This document shows, piece after piece, positions 60,153 to 64,000 of a stretch of 64,000 bases of DNA. The stretch's first letter is position 1. Each line of letters begins with the position of its first letter. The notes beneath the pieces are model-generated. The model searched no databases. It saw only the letters and a program-made list of their open reading frames with translations, and was not told the DNA's origin. This DNA comes from an uncultured Collinsella sp. (lineage in GTDB: Bacteria; Actinomycetota; Coriobacteriia; Coriobacteriales; Coriobacteriaceae). The translations under genes and the position numbers were made by a program. The DNA lies in the NCBI GenBank assembly GCA_949288855.1, contig CASELS010000001.1, positions 68,479-132,478 on the forward strand. Direction: 5' to 3'.

Positions 60153-61337
60153 ATGGCCACCTGTCCTGTATGCGGGCACGAGTTCGAACCCGAAGATTCC
60201 CAAAATGCCGTTTGCCCTGCCTGCGGTGCGGTGCTTGCAAACGACGCGAACGAAAACAGTGCGATCGATGAGACTCCGCAGGAGGAGCCCACCTCTCAGG
60301 AGACTCCGTGCGAAGAGCAGCCCACGCAAGTGATCCCGCCTGAGGAGGCGCCCACACAGGAGGTTCCTCGCGAGGAATCAGCTACCCAGCAGATTCCGCA
60401 GGAAGAGCCTCCAACGCAGGAGATTCCGCATACCGCGCCGACCGAGCCCTATCCGGCCACCGGCGCTTCAGGCGCGGACGCCGCCAACGAGCCGTCCGCC
60501 GGTCCCGAGATCCATCCCGCCATCGCCGACCCGTATCGCCCGAGTCCGCTCAAGCGCGCCTGGATGGACTTCAAGGCGTCGCCCGGCAAGCTCTGGATTA
60601 TCCTCAAGCTTGCCCTCTTCCAGTTTGTTCCGGGCGTGGGAAGCCTCGTGCTCAGCGGTTATGCCTACACCTGGGCGCGCGAGCAGGCGCTTGGCCGCCA
60701 TCTGCCCCTTCCCACCAAGATCGTGCGCCCCGGCGTGCTCGACAACGGCCTCTACATCTACGGCGTCTCGGTCAGCATGACGGTCGTCTTCTTCGTGCTC
60801 GGCCTGTTCGCCGCGACGGTGTTCAGCGCGCTTCGGCTGTTTATCATCTTCACCCTGCTCGTCATTCTGTTCGTTGTCTGCTGCGGCCCGTTCTTTGCCG
60901 TGATGAACATGCGCACGGCGCTCTGCGGCCGCGTCCGCTCCGGTCTTAACCTCAAGCGCGCCTGGTCGCTCTTTGCGGCGCCGGGCAAGACCGGTCAGGT
61001 GTTTGCCGCGTACTGGGGGCCCGCTGCCCTCGTGGTGCTCATCACCTTTGTGTGCTACCTCTTGCTGTTCATGGTGGTCATGGGGTCGAGCATCTCGGTC
61101 GCCTACGGGATGTCGGGCGTCTATCACTCCGATTACTACATCGTGGCGCAGCTGCTCGCCATGATGCTCTCGTTCATCCCCATCACGATTCTGGTGCTGT
61201 TTGCGGTCTTCTTTGTGAGCACTGCCGCAACGCTCGTCACGGCGCGCGCCCTTGGCTACTGGGCACAGGACTTCCATCCCGAGGCATGGCCCGAGTACCA
61301 GGAGAACGTCAAGTACTACATGGATCGCGCGGTATAG
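60153..61337 (+). CDS. Zn-ribbon + acidic repeats + DUF4013-like membrane domain
   Basis: CPVC/CPAC; EExPTQxIP repeats; FVPGVGSLVLSGY followed by several TM helices. Confidence 0.75.
   Translation: MATCPVCGHEFEPEDSQNAVCPACGAVLANDANENSAIDETPQEEPTSQETPCEEQPTQVIPPEEAPTQEVPREESATQQIPQEEPPTQEIPHTAPTEPYPATGASGADAANEPSAGPEIHPAIADPYRPSPLKRAWMDFKASPGKLWIILKLALFQFVPGVGSLVLSGYAYTWAREQALGRHLPLPTKIVRPGVLDNGLYIYGVSVSMTVVFFVLGLFAATVFSALRLFIIFTLLVILFVVCCGPFFAVMNMRTALCGRVRSGLNLKRAWSLFAAPGKTGQVFAAYWGPAALVVLITFVCYLLLFMVVMGSSISVAYGMSGVYHSDYYIVAQLLAMMLSFIPITILVLFAVFFVSTAATLVTARALGYWAQDFHPEAWPEYQENVKYYMDRAV
60270..60428 (+). repeat. About five 30-bp (10-aa) coding tandem repeats
   Basis: QEEPTSQETP / CEEQPTQVIP / PEEAPTQEVP / REESATQQIP / QEEPPTQEIP. 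Confidence 0.85.
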
Positions 61338-61346
61338 GGGGTGCTC

Positions 61347-62009
61347 ATGCCAACAGCTTCGCTTGCCGCGCCTACGCCCGCGTTCATCACCGTGGAGGGT
61401 ATCGACGGATGCGGAAAATCCACGCAGGCGGCACGCATCGTCTCTGCACTCGAGCAGGCGGGTTACGACGTGCTTGCCCTGCGCGAGCCGGGCGGCGTGG
61501 TCATCTCCGAGAAGATCCGCGCCCTTTTGCTCGACCCTGCGCATGCCGAGATGAGCGATACCTGCGAGCTGTTGCTTTACGCCGCGGCCCGCGCTCAGCT
61601 TGTGCATGAGCGCATCGAGCCTGCACTTGCTGCGGGCAAGGTCGTTGTGTGCGACCGCTTTATCGACTCGACCACGTGCTATCAGTCGTTTGCCGATGGC
61701 ATCGACCGCGCTTCGGTCGACGCCGCCAACGCTATTGCGGTGGGCGGCTGCCGTCCGGCGCTCACGCTCGTGTTCGATATCGATCCGGCCGTTGCGGCCG
61801 AGCGCGCACGGGCGCGCGGGGATGCGGCCGATCGCATGGAAGCGAAGGGCTTGGCGTTTCAGGAGCGCGTGGCAGCCGGTTTTCGAGCGATTGCCGAGGA
61901 AGAGCCGGCGCGCGTGCGCCTTATCGATGCGGCGCGGTCTGTCGAGGAAGTCTTCTCCGATGTCGCTGCCGAGCTCGCGGCGGCGGGCTTTTCGCTAGGG
62001 GGCGTCTGA
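61347..62009 (+). CDS. tmk: Thymidylate kinase
   Basis: EGIDGCGKSTQ, REPGG and CDRFIDS. Confidence 0.95.
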   Translation: MPTASLAAPTPAFITVEGIDGCGKSTQAARIVSALEQAGYDVLALREPGGVVISEKIRALLLDPAHAEMSDTCELLLYAAARAQLVHERIEPALAAGKVVVCDRFIDSTTCYQSFADGIDRASVDAANAIAVGGCRPALTLVFDIDPAVAAERARARGDAADRMEAKGLAFQERVAAGFRAIAEEEPARVRLIDAARSVEEVFSDVAAELAAAGFSLGGV

Positions 62010-62013
62010 GACG

Positions 62014-63156
62014 GTGGAAACGACTGCCAAACGTCCCGCTCCGTCGAGCCTTCTTGCCAAGCTCGACACCCAGCCGCGCGTGCGCGACTTTCTGATGCGT
62101 GCCGTCGAGGGCGACCGCACAAGCCATGCGTATCTTTTCCTCGGGGCCCCCGGCTCGGGCAAGCTCGATGCCGCCTGGGCGCTTGCGCAGGCGATTATCT
62201 GCGAGAGCCACGGCTGCGCCTCATGCGAGGCCTGTGTGCGCGTGGCGCGCCGGACTCACCCCGACGTGCACTATCTTTCTCCCGAGAGCGTGACGGGATA
62301 CCTCATCGGCCAGACGCGCGACCTTATCGAGGACGTTTCGCTCGCTCCCATCCGCGCACGCTCGAAGGTCTACATCGTTGACCGTGCCGAACAGCTGCGG
62401 GCGGACTCCGCCAACGCACTGCTCAAGACCCTCGAGGAACCTCCGCAGGGCGTGACGTTCATCTTGCTCGGCACCTCGGCGGAGACGATCCTTCCCACCA
62501 TCGTCTCGCGCTGCCAGTGTGTTCCCTTCCGCATGGTGTCGCCCCAAGATGCGGCGACGGCCGTCGCGCACGCCACCGGCGCTGCTCCCGAACGCTGCCG
62601 CATGGCGGTTGCGGTGGCGGGAAGCCCGGCGCGTGCGGTGGAATTTCTCAAAAGCGCGGAGCGTCAGGCGGCGCGACGCACGATGCTCCGCACGCTCGAC
62701 GCGCTGCCCGAGGCGGACGACCTCGACATCCTAAACGCGGCAAAGCAGCTCATCGTAGAGGTCAAGGCGCCGCTCGCAGAGGTCAAGTCAACCCAGGAGG
62801 CCGTGCTCAGCCAGAACGCCGACTACCTCAGCCGTGGAGCATTGAAGCAGCTTGAGGACCGTCAGAAGCGCGAGCTCAATGCGCGCGAGCGTTCGGGTAT
62901 CATGGAAGTGCTGGCGAGCGCCCGCTCGCTTCTGCGCGATGTGCTCGGCGTGCTCGAAGGCGTCAGCGACGGCATCGTCAACGAGGACGTTGCCGCAATC
63001 GTCGAGCGGCTAGCTGCCCGGACCGACACGGCAGGCGCGGTACGCGCCATCGACGCCGTGACGCGCACCGAGCGGACCGTCGCCCGCAACATAACTCCCC
63101 AACTGGCCCTCGAGGTCATGTTTCTCGATATCAGGAAGGCGCTCCTATGCCGGTAG
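62014..63156 (+). CDS. holB: DNA polymerase III delta-prime subunit
   Basis: HAYLF.G, C..C..C..C, HPDV, ANALLKTLEEPP and TIVSRC; lies after tmk. Confidence 0.93.
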   Translation: METTAKRPAPSSLLAKLDTQPRVRDFLMRAVEGDRTSHAYLFLGAPGSGKLDAAWALAQAIICESHGCASCEACVRVARRTHPDVHYLSPESVTGYLIGQTRDLIEDVSLAPIRARSKVYIVDRAEQLRADSANALLKTLEEPPQGVTFILLGTSAETILPTIVSRCQCVPFRMVSPQDAATAVAHATGAAPERCRMAVAVAGSPARAVEFLKSAERQAARRTMLRTLDALPEADDLDILNAAKQLIVEVKAPLAEVKSTQEAVLSQNADYLSRGALKQLEDRQKRELNARERSGIMEVLASARSLLRDVLGVLEGVSDGIVNEDVAAIVERLAARTDTAGAVRAIDAVTRTERTVARNITPQLALEVMFLDIRKALLCR

Positions 63157-64000
63157 TTGTTCCCGTAAAGTTCCCCTTCGCCGCGCGCGAGCTGTGGTTT
63201 GATCCGCAGGACCTCGACATCGTGGAGGGCGATTACGCCGTCTGCTCCACCGAGCGCGGAACCGAGCTGGGCCTCGTCACCGAGGATCCGTATGAGGTCG
63301 AGGAGGAGGATCTTGCGGCGCAGCTCAAGCCGGTGATCCGCATCGCGACCGACGAGGACCTCGACCGTGCCGACGAGCTCGCCGACCGCGGCGACGCCGC
63401 CATGAGCGACTTCCGCCGCCTCATCAAGCAGAACAACCTCGACATGAAGCCGGTGGGCGTGGAGTTCCTCTTTGGGGGCGAGAAGGCGGTGTTCTACTTT
63501 GCCGCCGAGGACCGCGTCGACTTCCGTCAGCTCGTTAAGGACCTTGCGAGTTGCCTGCACGTGCGCGTCGACATGCGCCAGATTGGCGTGCGCGACGAGA
63601 CGCGCCTGGCGGGTGGCTATGCCCAGTGCGGGCAGGAGCTTTGCTGCACGCGCTTTGGCGGGCAGTTCGAGCCGGTCTCTATCCGCATGGCAAAGGAGCA
63701 GGACCTGCCGCTCAACTCGTCCAAAATCTCTGGCGTGTGCGGCCGCCTCATGTGCTGCTTGCGCTACGAGTTCGAGGCGTACAAGGACTTCAAGAGCCGT
63801 GCGCCCAAAAAGAAGACGCTCATTGACACGCCGCTTGGCAAAGCAAAGATCCAAGAGTATGACACCCCGCGCGAGCAGCTGGTGCTTCGCCTTGAGAACG
63901 GCAAGGTCTTCCGCGTGAGCCTGTCCGACATGACCTGCTCGGACGCCTGCAAGAAGCGCGCCGAGGAACAGCACTGTGCCTGCCGTCCCGATTGTGTGAC
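63147..64000 (+). CDS. PSP1-domain / RicT (YaaT)-like Fe-S protein (3' end outside window)
   Basis: MPVVVPVKF...RVDFRQLVKDLA...RQIGVRDE...CGQELCC...KISGVCGRLMCCLRYE; conserved tmk-holB-yaaT order. Absent from the ORF track because it runs off the window. Confidence 0.92.
   Translation, partial: MPVVVPVKFPFAARELWFDPQDLDIVEGDYAVCSTERGTELGLVTEDPYEVEEEDLAAQLKPVIRIATDEDLDRADELADRGDAAMSDFRRLIKQNNLDMKPVGVEFLFGGEKAVFYFAAEDRVDFRQLVKDLASCLHVRVDMRQIGVRDETRLAGGYAQCGQELCCTRFGGQFEPVSIRMAKEQDLPLNSSKISGVCGRLMCCLRYEFEAYKDFKSRAPKKKTLIDTPLGKAKIQEYDTPREQLVLRLENGKVFRVSLSDMTCSDACKKRAEEQHCACRPDCV

Overview
A 64-kb, gene-dense, high-GC chromosomal segment. Gene content and codon style suggest a gut Coriobacteriia (Collinsella/Enorma-like) actinobacterium; this is inferred, not verified. 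Housekeeping genes include xpt, clpB, pyrE, mfd, recQ, metA, topA, tmk, holB and a PSP1/RicT gene. Accessory modules are: an MNT-HEPN toxin-antitoxin pair whose toxin has an in-frame TAG; a redox/detox cluster interrupted by an AlbA_2(Schlafen)/RecG-C gene; a polar amino acid ABC operon led by a Cys-rich ORF; a DUF5692 / hypB / Fe-S flavoprotein / hypA / TetR module with no hydrogenase or urease in the window and a shared TTGAC-N5-GTCAA operator; tandem Cof HADs; a YhcG nuclease with a perfect 29-bp intragenic palindrome; and a LytTR two-component locus upstream of an LPXTG surface protein. In that locus the AgrC-like kinase function appears split between two membrane proteins, one with the His but no ATPase and one with the ATPase but His replaced by Gln. 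The best candidates for undescribed systems are the split kinase and the orphan HypA/HypB-oxidoreductase regulon. I recognised no rRNA, tRNA, CRISPR array, integrase or transposase. All family assignments come from reading motifs by eye, without database searches.
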